Part shown: one piece after another, positions 28,465 through 38,216 of the stretch
How positions within the stretch are numbered: position 1 is the stretch's first letter
Layout: every line of letters starts with the position of its first letter
Assembly (NCBI GenBank): GCA_020696385.1
Contig: JAEHCQ010000004.1
Coordinates: 64,001 to 128,000, forward strand
Reading direction: 5' to 3'
DNA length: 64,000 nt
Source: Methanobacteriota archaeon
Lineage (GTDB): Archaea > Thermoplasmatota > Thermoplasmata > SG8-5 > JAGLSY01
Notes under the pieces: model-generated
What the model saw: the letters and a program-made list of their open reading frames with translations, nothing else
The model's database searches: none
What the model was told of the DNA's origin: nothing
Program-made: the position numbers and the translations under genes

Positions 28465-31400
28465 GTGACGAGTTTGTATCTCAAACAACTTGAAGTGGAG
28501 AATTTCAAATCATTCAAGGGCAAATTGTCCATACCATTTATGGATGGATTTACGGCTATTACAGGGCCGAATGGCAGTGGGAAATCCAATGTATCTGATG
28601 CTGTGCTTTTTGTGTTGGGGCCAAGGAGCTCCAAGGCCATAAGGGCGGGTAAGCTCACTGATCTTATATTCAATGGTGGTAAGACTGGTAAGCCAGCATC
28701 ATTTTGCAAGGTATCTTTGATCTTTGATAATTCGGAGAATATTCTACCGATCTCGACCAATGAAGTAAAATTGACCAGGCTTGTCAAGCGCTCGAAGAAC
28801 CAGATCGGGTATAGCAGTAATTTTTATGTCAATGGGAAGAAGTCCACATTGGGAGACTTCGACAATATTCTTTCTCATGCAAGGATCTCATCAGATGGCT
28901 ATAATATCGTACAGCAGGGTGATATAACCAATATCGTCAGCATGGGCGGTGTAGAGCGCAGGCAGATATTGGATGAGATAGCCGGAATAACAAGATTTGA
29001 CAAGGATATCGACTCTGCCAATGTCGAGAAGATAGAGACCGATGACAACCTTGAACGTATTGATATCATAATGGATGAGATACGCAAGCAACTGAAGCAA
29101 TTGGAAGGCGAAAGGACCAGTGCGATGAAGTACAAGGAGATCAAGGAAAAACTGGACCTTGCCAGAGCCCAGATCGAATACAAGAAGAAAAGCAGTGTGG
29201 AGAATGAGCTTCAGGGAATGGAAGAGCAGATCAATAAGAGGGAAGAGGAGATATCAAAAACACATGCTGAGAAAGCCGCTCTTTCCAAGAAGCTCAATGA
29301 TATATCCATCGAGTTGGATGAGCTTGAAAAAGAGTTCTCCGAGAAGAGCTCGCAGGAAAACCTGGAATTGAAGAATAAAATTGATTCTTTACGCGTCGAG
29401 GTTGCAAGAAGTAATGATTCTATAGAATTGTCCAAAGAACAGATACCTGAGCTTAAGGGTGAGAAAAAGAAAAAAGCTCTGGATATGAAAAAGATAGAGA
29501 CAGAGCTTGTGGACTTGAATACTGAACTCAAATCTACAGAGATCAAGATCAAGGACAATGATCACGAGATGAAGGAATTGGACAAGTCTTTGAAAAAGCA
29601 CAAGTCCAAGCTTTCCAAATCCGATACCGACCTCTCCAAACTTCAGGATGATGTTGTTGAGATGAAGAACAATATGGATGTAGGCGCGACCCAAGTTCAG
29701 AAGCTTATCATAGATAAGGACAGGGCACTTGATAAGAGCAAAAGGATCAAGCTGGATATATCTGAGCTTGAAGAATCAAAGAAGACCCTGGAATTCGAGA
29801 TCAAGGATACTGACTGGCGCCTTAAGGAATACAGTTCCACCACGAAGAATTCGGATAAAGAAATGAAGGCACTGCAGGAGAATTTCTTCCAGAAGAAGAG
29901 CAGGGAGGAAGAACTCTCCAAGCAAGCGGTGGAGCTTGAGAGCGCGATCAAATCCCTGACAAGACAATATAATCAATTAAAAGCAGAAAGCGAGGCTTCA
30001 CAATCTGTGGCCAAAGGTTACACAGCAGCTGTTAACAAATTGGTCGAGGCAAGGGATCGTGGAGATATCAAAGGTATTCATGGAACGATCGCCGAGCTGA
30101 TAAATGTGGATGATCAGTTCGAAACTGCGATCAACACGGCCGCTGGCCCAAGAATGCAGGCCCTGGTTGTCAATGATGATGCAGTGGCTGAAAAATGTAT
30201 ATCCTATCTCAAGAAGAACAAGATAGGCAGGGCGACCTTCCTTCCACTCAATAAGATGGTGATGCAGAAGCCAAGGGGCAAGGCTCAATTGGCTGTCAAG
30301 AGATCACTTGGCTTTGCCTTGGATCTGGTTCAATTTGACGAGAAATATCGAGATGTATTCTCCTATGTATTTGGCGACACCCTGGTCATGGGCTCTCTCT
30401 CGGAAGCAAGAGAGATAATGGGCGGTGTCAGGATCGTGACCAAGGATGGAGAGCTTATTGAAGCATCAGGTGCCATGATAGGTGGATTGAGATCCCGATC
30501 TATGCTCAAGATCGGAAGTACGGATAAGAAATCTCTGGATGATGTTTCAAAGAGGCTGAGAAAGGCCACGAATGAAGCAGATAATATCAGCGGGGAATTA
30601 AGCTCATTGAGATTGGAGCTCATTGGAATTGAAAAGGAGATAAAAGAGACAGGAGCCTCATCCGGTGGATCATTGGGTAAAGGCGAAGCCCTCAAAATAA
30701 AAAAGAAAGAGCTCCAGACGAATCTCAAGACCCTTGATAACAATATCACAGGATTGAAGAAGGAACTCGGAATTGTGGAAAAGAGCATCACGAAGCTCGA
30801 ATCCGAACTGATGTCCCAGGCGGACAAGATGGAGACTTTGAAAGCACAGAAAGATGAGATGGAAAAGAATCTCTTCAAATTGACCCCTGCAAAGATGGGC
30901 AAAGAGATGAATGAACTTCAATCAAAATTATCCGAACATATCAATATCAAGTCCGAGTTGGAAGCAGGTGGATCATCTCTGAAGGCACAGATCAAGCTGT
31001 ATACGGAAAGGAAGAAAGAAATACAAGCTGTATTGGATGAACTGGAAAATAAGATCAATGTAAATCAGGATAATATCAAATCAAAATCCAAAGAGACAGA
31101 CAAGCTTAAGGTGAGCTTGAAAGCAGAATTGAAATTACAGGAATCGATGGGCAAGGATCTTATCATTGCCAGGGATAGGCGAGATAAAGTTTATCGAACC
31201 AAGATGGAGACCGAGGCCGAGATAGAGAAGCTCAATCACAGAGCGGAGACCAAGGAAGACTTCATCAGAGGTTTAAGGATCGAATACGAGAATGCTTCCA
31301 AGAGATTGAAGGAGATAGAGGAAGCGGTTAAAGATATCAAGATCGAAGATAAGGACAAGATACCTTCAATGGAAACACTGAAGAAGATCATCAGAAGATC

Positions 31401-32127
31401 CGAAGTATCACTGGAGACCATCGGCAGTGTGAATATGCTGGCTTTGGAAACCTATGAAGAGCAGAAGGACAGACATGAAGAACTGAAGGTCGAGGTCAAG
31501 AGATTGAAGGATCAGCGAAAGAGATTGATCAAGCTGGTTGACGAGCTCAAGGAGAAAAAGAAGACCGGGCTCCTCAAAGTATTCGATGGTATCAATGAGA
31601 AGTTCAAGGATGTGTATGCGGATCTCTCGGATGGGGGAGAAGCTGAGCTTCTTATAGAGAATATGACGGATCCTTTCCAGGGTGGCCTGCAGATAAAGGC
31701 CAGACCCAAGGGGAAGAAAGTGCACAGGTTGGAAGCACTTTCTGGTGGTGAGAAGGGCCTTGTTTCCATGTCCTTCATATTCGCGATCCAGAGATATCAG
31801 CCATCACCTTTCTATGTTCTTGACGAGGTAGATCAGAACCTCGATGCTCTAAATGCACGCAATATCGCGCAGATGATAAAGAGGAATTCCGAGCGTGCTC
31901 AATTCCTTCAGATATCACTTAGAGAGGTTACATTGAAGGAGGCTTCCAATCTCGTGGGGGTCACCATGCAGAATGATGGTATTTCCAAGGTCATAATGAA
32001 AGTCGATCTGGGAACTGTTAAGAAGGATATCATGGACATCAAAGATGCCGATATCAAGGATATCAAAGGAACTGATATCGATAATATCGAAGAAGATACA
32101 CCAAGTATGAACAATGGGATGGGATAG
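28465..32127 (+). CDS. smc: Chromosome segregation protein SMC
   Basis: ENFKSF, GPNGSGKSN, hinge GIHGTIAELI/GRATFLPL, LSGGE, LDEVD. Confidence 0.97.
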   Translation: MTSLYLKQLEVENFKSFKGKLSIPFMDGFTAITGPNGSGKSNVSDAVLFVLGPRSSKAIRAGKLTDLIFNGGKTGKPASFCKVSLIFDNSENILPISTNEVKLTRLVKRSKNQIGYSSNFYVNGKKSTLGDFDNILSHARISSDGYNIVQQGDITNIVSMGGVERRQILDEIAGITRFDKDIDSANVEKIETDDNLERIDIIMDEIRKQLKQLEGERTSAMKYKEIKEKLDLARAQIEYKKKSSVENELQGMEEQINKREEEISKTHAEKAALSKKLNDISIELDELEKEFSEKSSQENLELKNKIDSLRVEVARSNDSIELSKEQIPELKGEKKKKALDMKKIETELVDLNTELKSTEIKIKDNDHEMKELDKSLKKHKSKLSKSDTDLSKLQDDVVEMKNNMDVGATQVQKLIIDKDRALDKSKRIKLDISELEESKKTLEFEIKDTDWRLKEYSSTTKNSDKEMKALQENFFQKKSREEELSKQAVELESAIKSLTRQYNQLKAESEASQSVAKGYTAAVNKLVEARDRGDIKGIHGTIAELINVDDQFETAINTAAGPRMQALVVNDDAVAEKCISYLKKNKIGRATFLPLNKMVMQKPRGKAQLAVKRSLGFALDLVQFDEKYRDVFSYVFGDTLVMGSLSEAREIMGGVRIVTKDGELIEASGAMIGGLRSRSMLKIGSTDKKSLDDVSKRLRKATNEADNISGELSSLRLELIGIEKEIKETGASSGGSLGKGEALKIKKKELQTNLKTLDNNITGLKKELGIVEKSITKLESELMSQADKMETLKAQKDEMEKNLFKLTPAKMGKEMNELQSKLSEHINIKSELEAGGSSLKAQIKLYTERKKEIQAVLDELENKINVNQDNIKSKSKETDKLKVSLKAELKLQESMGKDLIIARDRRDKVYRTKMETEAEIEKLNHRAETKEDFIRGLRIEYENASKRLKEIEEAVKDIKIEDKDKIPSMETLKKIIRRSEVSLETIGSVNMLALETYEEQKDRHEELKVEVKRLKDQRKRLIKLVDELKEKKKTGLLKVFDGINEKFKDVYADLSDGGEAELLIENMTDPFQGGLQIKARPKGKKVHRLEALSGGEKGLVSMSFIFAIQRYQPSPFYVLDEVDQNLDALNARNIAQMIKRNSERAQFLQISLREVTLKEASNLVGVTMQNDGISKVIMKVDLGTVKKDIMDIKDADIKDIKGTDIDNIEEDTPSMNNGMG

Positions 32128-32128
32128 A

Positions 32129-33094
32129 ATGAAATACGACACAGAGGAAATATTGAACCACTTGCTTTTTCACAAGGCAATAATCAAGGAGAACGATGAG
32201 GATCTGAACATGGACAATTACCTGTCTTTGCTCCATAAATTGGATGAAGGCATGCATGTTATTATCGAGGATCCTGTTGAAAAGGCGGTTGCCATTGCAT
32301 TCCAATTGGTCATGGAGAGCAAGTTCGATCCATGGGACATGGACCTTACTGAATTCACCAAATTATATTTGAAAAGGATAAATAATGATGACGATGTTAA
32401 TTTCATAATAGCTGGAAGGCTCATTCTCATGGCCTGGTCAGTTCTCAAGATGCAGAGTGATAAAGTTCTGTTGGATGCGGACAGACCCGAAGAAGTGGAG
32501 GAATACTTCTTCGAGGACTGGGATATCATGGAGCATTCCGAGGAGCCATCAAGCTCTGGTTATTTCCAGACTGTGTTGCAAAGTGAGGCCCCCATCATCC
32601 AGGAGGCCGTCAGGAATACAGCCACTCGTCAGGTGTCACTCATGTCCCTTCTCGAAGCTTTTGACGAGGCTCGCCAGGAGATCGAATTGAGAAAATTGGT
32701 GGGTAAGCGCTTTGATGAACCTGAGATCGAATTCAATCTTTCAGACAATATGCATATGGAGAATCTGGAAGAGAATATCAGTATCACATGGCAGAGAATA
32801 TGTAATTGCGACGAAGGAGCAATTCCAATTACACAGGTTTGGAATGACGAGCCCATGGATAGAGTACGCGTGTTCGTGTCCAGTCTCTTCCTGGCCAAGA
32901 TGAAGAAGATATCCCTTTCACAGAAAAGATTTCCATATAGTGAGATCATGGTCAAAAATATCGAGACCATGGAGAACACCGAGATGCCATCCATCGAGGC
33001 CGAGATGGATGTCGAGCTGCCTGTTACCTTCGCTACCGACTCCCAGACGGCTGAGGGTGAAAGCATCAGCCTAGAAGAATTAGCGGTGGTGTGA
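32129..33094 (+). CDS. scpA: Kleisin ScpA
   Basis: FDPWDMDL, C-terminal FVSSLFLA...SQKRFPYSEI; follows smc. Confidence 0.88.
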   Translation: MKYDTEEILNHLLFHKAIIKENDEDLNMDNYLSLLHKLDEGMHVIIEDPVEKAVAIAFQLVMESKFDPWDMDLTEFTKLYLKRINNDDDVNFIIAGRLILMAWSVLKMQSDKVLLDADRPEEVEEYFFEDWDIMEHSEEPSSSGYFQTVLQSEAPIIQEAVRNTATRQVSLMSLLEAFDEARQEIELRKLVGKRFDEPEIEFNLSDNMHMENLEENISITWQRICNCDEGAIPITQVWNDEPMDRVRVFVSSLFLAKMKKISLSQKRFPYSEIMVKNIETMENTEMPSIEAEMDVELPVTFATDSQTAEGESISLEELAVV

Positions 33095-33095
33095 T

Positions 33096-33599
33096 TTGAC
33101 AGAAGTCGAGATAGTGGAGGCAATATTGTTCTCTTCCGGTAAGCCGATGACGATCCCTGATATTGCTAGAGCCGGCGACCTGGATGCTGATAAGATACGT
33201 TCTGCTCTCAAAAAGCTCTCCAGATCATACAAGAATCGCAATACCAGTCTTGAAATTGCCAAGATAGGTTCGAAATATGTTCTACAGCTTAGAGAGGAAT
33301 ATAAGAAATCTACCGAAACTGTCGCACAAAGAGAGCTCCCTCATGAAGTGATAAAAACAGCCGCCCTCATAGCCTATTACCAGCCAATGAAGAAGAAGGA
33401 TCTGGTGGAAATGATAGGCAGGCCAGCCAATCCTCATGTGGACGAGCTCAAGAAGCACAGGCTGATAACCGCCGAGCGCGGTGCCCAGGGAAACATCATG
33501 CTGAATACCACGCCCAAGTTCTTCGAATTCTTTGGATTGGAGATGACGAAGCCAGAAGAGCTGAAACAGATGCTGATGAAAAAAGCAGGATTAAAATAA
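33096..33599 (+). CDS. scpB: ScpB
   Basis: VEAILFSSGKP, TAALIAYYQP, TTPKFFEFFGL. Confidence 0.92.
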   Translation: MTEVEIVEAILFSSGKPMTIPDIARAGDLDADKIRSALKKLSRSYKNRNTSLEIAKIGSKYVLQLREEYKKSTETVAQRELPHEVIKTAALIAYYQPMKKKDLVEMIGRPANPHVDELKKHRLITAERGAQGNIMLNTTPKFFEFFGLEMTKPEELKQMLMKKAGLK

Positions 33600-33708
33600 T
33601 CAGCTACTTTTATCATACTGATGAAGAAAGCGGGTCTCAAATAAGACCCACTTTAACTTCATGCTGATGAAGAAGGCTGGGCTTAAATAATTGCCCAGCC
33701 ATATTCAT
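33570..33708 (+). repeat. Three tandem scpB-3'-end hairpin units (45/46-nt period)
   Basis: Copies at 33570, 33615 and 33661 all encode (M/I)LMKKAGLK-stop; each is followed by its own inverted repeat. Confidence 0.92.
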
Positions 33709-33770
33709 TTATTATTAAAGTAATGTCCACAACTATAAATCCTTAAAGACCTTTCTCAGTACCGAAGCAC

Positions 33771-34832
33771 ATGTCTGGTTTTGAAAAGAGTAAGAGAATG
33801 GAATTGCCCCGAGAGGTCGTAGTAGGTCACGATGCCTTAAATGAGGCTCCCGAGGTCTGCAAACATCTTGGTCTTCAAAACTCCGGTATCCTGGTATGTG
33901 ATGAGACTACCAGATCCATTGCGGGAGATAAGGTCAAAGAACTCCTGGAGGATGCTGGTTTTGATATTGATGTGGTCACGATCAAAGCCGCAGATGGTGA
34001 CACTGTGAACACTGTAAGTTCTTTGGCAACAGAAGGAAAGGCTGGCTTCGCTCTTGGAGTTGGTGGCGGCCAGCCAATAGATATTGCCAAATCCGCCTCT
34101 TTCAATATCAAAATACCATTTCTAAGTATTCCGACAGCGGCTTCTCATGATGGTATCGTATCATCCCGAGCCTCGATAACAATGGGCGGCGTTAAGAAGT
34201 CACTTGACGCACATACTCCATTGGGGGTCATCGCTGATACCGGGATCATATCACAATCCCCGCATAGGCTCTTAGCGGCCGGTTGTGGGGACATTATATC
34301 CAATCTCACCGCAGTTAAAGATTGGAAATTGGCTCAGAGGCTGAGAAATGAGGAATACAGTAGCTATGCGGCCACGCTTTCCGAGATGGTTGCCAAGATC
34401 CTAATTGAGAATGCGTCACATATACGACCTGGCCTGGAGGAATCATCCTGGACCGTGGTCAAAGGTCTTGTGTCCTCAGGGGTTTCGATGAGCATTGCTG
34501 GCTCCTCAAGGCCAGCAAGCGGCTCCGAGCACAAATTCTCCCATGCCCTTGACATGATATGTGAAAAACCCGCCCTGCATGGTGAGCAATGCGGGCTGGG
34601 AACGATAATGATGATGTATCTTCACGGCGGTGATTGGGAGAAGATCAAGGAAGCTCTTTGGATAATCGGAGCTCCCACAACCGCCAAGGCCGCTGGCTTA
34701 TCAAATGATGATGTGATAAACGCACTGGTCAAAGCCCATGAGATAAAGCCCGATAGGTACACGATACTGGGCTACAAGGGAATGACCATAGACGCCGCAG
34801 AGAAATTGGCCAAGACCACGATGGTGATATGA
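33771..34832 (+). CDS. egsA: Glycerol-1-phosphate dehydrogenase
   Basis: GVGGG, PTAASHDG, GSSRPASGSEH, LHGEQCG. Confidence 0.96.
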   Translation: MSGFEKSKRMELPREVVVGHDALNEAPEVCKHLGLQNSGILVCDETTRSIAGDKVKELLEDAGFDIDVVTIKAADGDTVNTVSSLATEGKAGFALGVGGGQPIDIAKSASFNIKIPFLSIPTAASHDGIVSSRASITMGGVKKSLDAHTPLGVIADTGIISQSPHRLLAAGCGDIISNLTAVKDWKLAQRLRNEEYSSYAATLSEMVAKILIENASHIRPGLEESSWTVVKGLVSSGVSMSIAGSSRPASGSEHKFSHALDMICEKPALHGEQCGLGTIMMMYLHGGDWEKIKEALWIIGAPTTAKAAGLSNDDVINALVKAHEIKPDRYTILGYKGMTIDAAEKLAKTTMVI

Positions 34833-35257
34833 TGAGTATGTTGACAGTAGTTGGCGTAAGCCTGGCAAAGAAAGGCACGGAGATCATTTTTCTAGGCCCC
34901 CTATCTGAATGTAAGGTGTGTAAGGTCAAGAATATATGTTTTCATCTTGACAAGGGCAGTCATTACAAGATCGTCGGGGTAAGAGATGTCAAGCATGGAT
35001 GTGAAGTTCATGAAGATGGAGTCAAGGTCGTCGAGATCGAGAAGATACCTTTCAAGGCGGTCATGGACAAGAAGAAGGCCATTGATGGCTCTACCATGGC
35101 CTTTGAGTTACCAAGCTGCATAGAGAGAGGATGCGAGCATTATCTGCTGTGCTATCCACCGGGACTGGCTTCCAAGAATAAGGTTAAGATCCTATCACTG
35201 GATGGCAAGGTGGAGTGCCCTGCAGGCATGGCAAGAGTTAAGGTCACTCTTGAGTGA
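34829..35257 (+). CDS. UPF0179 family protein
   Basis: CKVCKVKNIC...C-E-VH Cys pattern; typical egsA neighbour. Confidence 0.8.
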   Translation: MMSMLTVVGVSLAKKGTEIIFLGPLSECKVCKVKNICFHLDKGSHYKIVGVRDVKHGCEVHEDGVKVVEIEKIPFKAVMDKKKAIDGSTMAFELPSCIERGCEHYLLCYPPGLASKNKVKILSLDGKVECPAGMARVKVTLE

Positions 35258-35436
35258 CCTATATGATTTCGAGTAGGTGAGGGCGATTTTTCTTTTGGAT
35301 TGGAAACCTTGTTCTTTTGGAGCCCGAGCCAGCACAGAAATCAATAAAAGAAAAGGCTTCCGTTAAGACCCTATCACTGGATGGCAAGGTGGAGTGCCCT
35401 GCAGGTATGGCAAGAGTGAAGGTCACTCTTGAGTAA
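35183..35436 (+). repeat. 75-nt direct repeat of the UPF0179 3' end (35183-35257 and 35362-35436)
   Basis: 4 mismatches in 75 nt; 104-nt spacer. Confidence 0.9.
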
Positions 35437-35520
35437 TTAATCAAACCAAACTAGGTCATTTAGAGTTTACATATTCTATACAATGAGCCTGTGGAAATAT
35501 ACCGGTTCTAATAATTTACA

Positions 35521-37470
35521 TTAATCTTTCAATTCAGGAAGATCACGATATAGGTCCACAGCTTCCGGATTCCCAAGAGCGTCCTTGTTCTTCACTTCTT
35601 TGCCATGTATGGCCTTTCTGACCGCCAGTTCCACCTTTTTCCCATTTATCGTGTATGGGATATCGGCGATCTGTATCACCTTGGCCGGCACATGCCTTGG
35701 AGTGGTGCTTGTTCTGATGGTGCCACGTACCTTGGCGATAAGATCATCATCCAGTTCATAGCCCTCCTTCATCTTCAGAAATATGATCACCCTGACATCA
35801 TTGTCCCAGTCTTGTCCAACAACAAGACTGTCCTCTATCTCTGCCATGTTCTCCACAACACGATAAATCTCCGCAGTGCCGATCCTCACACCTCCAGGAT
35901 TGAGGGTCGCATCGGACCTTCCGTACATTATCACTCCGCCTCTTGAGGTCACGACAACATAATCTCCATGATGCCAGATATTCGGATAGGTATTGAAATA
36001 AGCCGCTCTGTATTTCTTATCATCCGGGTCATTCCAGAAATATATCGGCATTGAGGGAAAGGGTTTTCTGCAGACCAATTCGCCCTGTGTGTCGAATACG
36101 GGTTTACCGTCATCATCCAGAGCCGCTATGTCCATACCCAGACCACGGCATTGAAGCTCTCCGGCATATACTGGCAGGATCGGATTTCCAAGGGTGAAAC
36201 ATGATACTATATCGGTTCCTCCAGCGATCGAAGATAGAATAAGATCCTTCTTGATATCCCTGTAAACATATTCAAAGCTCTCGATCGACAATGGTGAGCC
36301 AGTGGATAGCATTGCTCTTACTGAAGGCAATGCTCCCTCCTCCAGTTTGACTCCAGCTCCTTCGATCGATGCAATATATTTGGCACTGGTTCCAAAAACG
36401 GTCATCTCCTTTTCTTTTGCGAATTCGAAAAGCGCATATGGATCTGGATAGAATGGGTTACCATCATAGAGCATGATAGTGGCTCCGACAGCCAATGAAG
36501 ACACCAGCCAGTTCCACATCATCCAGCCGCATGTGGTGTAATAGAATATGTTATCATCCCTGGTCAGGTCAGTGTGGAGAATGAGCTCTTTAAGGTGCTG
36601 GATAAGGGTTCCACCAGCACCATGCACTATACATTTTGGCACTCCTGTTGTTCCCGAGGAGTACATGATGTAAACTGGATGATCGAAGGGAAGCTGTTCG
36701 AATTCAATATCCAGCCCATGTTCCTCGGAGGTGAAATCATCCAGCATTATGGCATTGGACAGTCCGCTGATATCTGGCGACTGCCTTGTGTAGGGGACCA
36801 CGACTATCCTTTCCACTGAAGGAAGCTCGGTAATTATTTCAGAGATCCTCTCAAGCGAGCTGAACTCCTTATCCTTGTAAAGATAGCCATCGGCCGTGAA
36901 GAGAACTTTGGGCTGTATCTGGCCAAAGCGATCCAGCACTCCTTTTATTCCAAAATCCGGGGAGCAGGAAGACCATATCGCGCCGATGCTCGTAGCCGCG
37001 AGCATCGCGATTATCGATTCAGGCATATTGGGCATGAACCCTGCCACTCTATCGCCTACTTGAATTCCCATATCGCGCAAAGCTTTTGCTAGCTTCGCGA
37101 CCTCGTCATACAGCTCGGCATAGGTGATGGTTCTATTTATCCTGGCCTCGCCCTTGAATATTATCGCTGGCTTATCGTCCTTGAATCGAAGTAAGTTCTC
37201 GGCAAAGTTCATTTCAGCGCCTATGAACCATTTGGAGCCAGGCATTATGTCGAGGTTATCGACAACAGTATCGAAATCTTTGGAGTGTTTGATATCTCCA
37301 AAGGACCACATATCTGCCCAGAAATCGGGGATCTCATTGATGGACCAGTTGAATAATTCATCATAATCTTTAAAATTCGTGCCACGCCTTTGATTCACGA
37401 ATTCCATGAACCTGGTCATATTCGCTTTTTTGATATTTTCCTCTGTTGGCTCCCAAAGTGATTTTGCCAT
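35521..37470 (-). CDS. Acetoacetate-CoA ligase
   Basis: SSCSPDFG, MYSSGTTGVPKCIVH, TTCGWMMWNW, GRSDATLNPGGVRIGTAEIY, NGKKVE. Confidence 0.93.
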   Translation of the reverse strand: MAKSLWEPTEENIKKANMTRFMEFVNQRRGTNFKDYDELFNWSINEIPDFWADMWSFGDIKHSKDFDTVVDNLDIMPGSKWFIGAEMNFAENLLRFKDDKPAIIFKGEARINRTITYAELYDEVAKLAKALRDMGIQVGDRVAGFMPNMPESIIAMLAATSIGAIWSSCSPDFGIKGVLDRFGQIQPKVLFTADGYLYKDKEFSSLERISEIITELPSVERIVVVPYTRQSPDISGLSNAIMLDDFTSEEHGLDIEFEQLPFDHPVYIMYSSGTTGVPKCIVHGAGGTLIQHLKELILHTDLTRDDNIFYYTTCGWMMWNWLVSSLAVGATIMLYDGNPFYPDPYALFEFAKEKEMTVFGTSAKYIASIEGAGVKLEEGALPSVRAMLSTGSPLSIESFEYVYRDIKKDLILSSIAGGTDIVSCFTLGNPILPVYAGELQCRGLGMDIAALDDDGKPVFDTQGELVCRKPFPSMPIYFWNDPDDKKYRAAYFNTYPNIWHHGDYVVVTSRGGVIMYGRSDATLNPGGVRIGTAEIYRVVENMAEIEDSLVVGQDWDNDVRVIIFLKMKEGYELDDDLIAKVRGTIRTSTTPRHVPAKVIQIADIPYTINGKKVELAVRKAIHGKEVKNKDALGNPEAVDLYRDLPELKD

Positions 37471-37578
37471 ATTATTGTCTCCCGAGTGGTCAAGGCTAAA
37501 TTGATTTAAAAAGATGTCGAAGACTCATAATATACGCAATCATTATTAATTCGATAATATTAGCCCCTCTCAGCAGGT

Positions 37579-37662
37579 GCGGGGATAGCTCAGCCTGGTA
37601 GGGCGCAGGATTGCTAATCCTGTGTTGGTAACAACTCGGGGGTTCGAATCCCCCTCCCCGCG
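37579..37662 (+). tRNA. tRNA-Ser(GCT)
   Basis: GCGGGGA/TCCCCGC acceptor, CAGGA-TTGCTAA-TCCTG, long variable arm, G discriminator. Confidence 0.93.
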
Positions 37663-37686
37663 CTCTTTTATTTCAATCGCAAACAT

Positions 37687-37772
37687 GCTGAGGTAGCTAA
37701 GCCCGGTTTAAGGCGCTGGCCTTGAGAGCCAGTGGGAGCAATCCCTCAGGAGTTCGAATCCCCTCCTCAGCG
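37687..37772 (+). tRNA. tRNA-Ser(TGA)
   Basis: GCTGAGG/CCTCAGC acceptor, CTGGC-CTTGAGA-GCCAG, long variable arm. Confidence 0.92.
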
Positions 37773-37814
37773 CTCTTTTATTTTCGAACGAGTAGGCTCA
37801 CCGAGCTTGATCAA

Positions 37815-38216
37815 TTATGGTTTTGGTATAAACTTATAACCGTAATGGATCACACCACATTCTCCTTCTTGGCCAAGCTTTCTGAAGACTGATTCGACCT
37901 CTGTTCCGATCTTTATCTCACCGGGCTCGACATCGACGATCTGTCCAGTTATCCTGGGTCCTTCTTCCAGTTCGATTATCGCCATTGTATAAGGTACCTG
38001 CATGGAGAATGCGGGAAGCCCATCATGTACTTCAGTATATGATATGACCACTCCCTTGCCAGATAGTTTTATTTTTTCCATCTTGCCAATGCTTTCCCTG
38101 CGGCATTTCGGACATAGATCTCGTGGTGGAAAATACACAATGTCGCATGCGCCACATTTCTTTCCCTGCATATTGTACCTGCTCTGGTTCTCTCTCCAGA
38201 ATCTTGCAACTTCCAT
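37815..38216 (-). CDS. DUF35 Zn-ribbon/OB-fold scaffold protein
   Basis: CGAC...FPPRDLCPKC, GYKF; ATG overlaps the thiolase stop. Confidence 0.9.
   Translation of the reverse strand: MEVARFWRENQSRYNMQGKKCGACDIVYFPPRDLCPKCRRESIGKMEKIKLSGKGVVISYTEVHDGLPAFSMQVPYTMAIIELEEGPRITGQIVDVEPGEIKIGTEVESVFRKLGQEGECGVIHYGYKFIPKP

Noticed and set aside
32020-32090. Repeated GATATC/KDI motif in the SMC tail
   Set aside because: Low-complexity C-terminal extension with no evidence of function.
33570-33708. CRISPR, TIGR or box C/D array, or hammerhead ribozyme (repeated CTGATGA)
   Set aside because: The variable parts are self-complementary and codon-synonymous with scpB. There is no cas or Nop-domain gene in the window, no C'/D' boxes, and no GAAA after a stem II.
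35183-35436. DGR template/variable repeat pair
   Set aside because: Mismatches are not adenine-specific and no reverse transcriptase is present.
35259-35444. 61-aa minus-strand ORF
   Set aside because: Antisense reading of the duplicated UPF0179 end.
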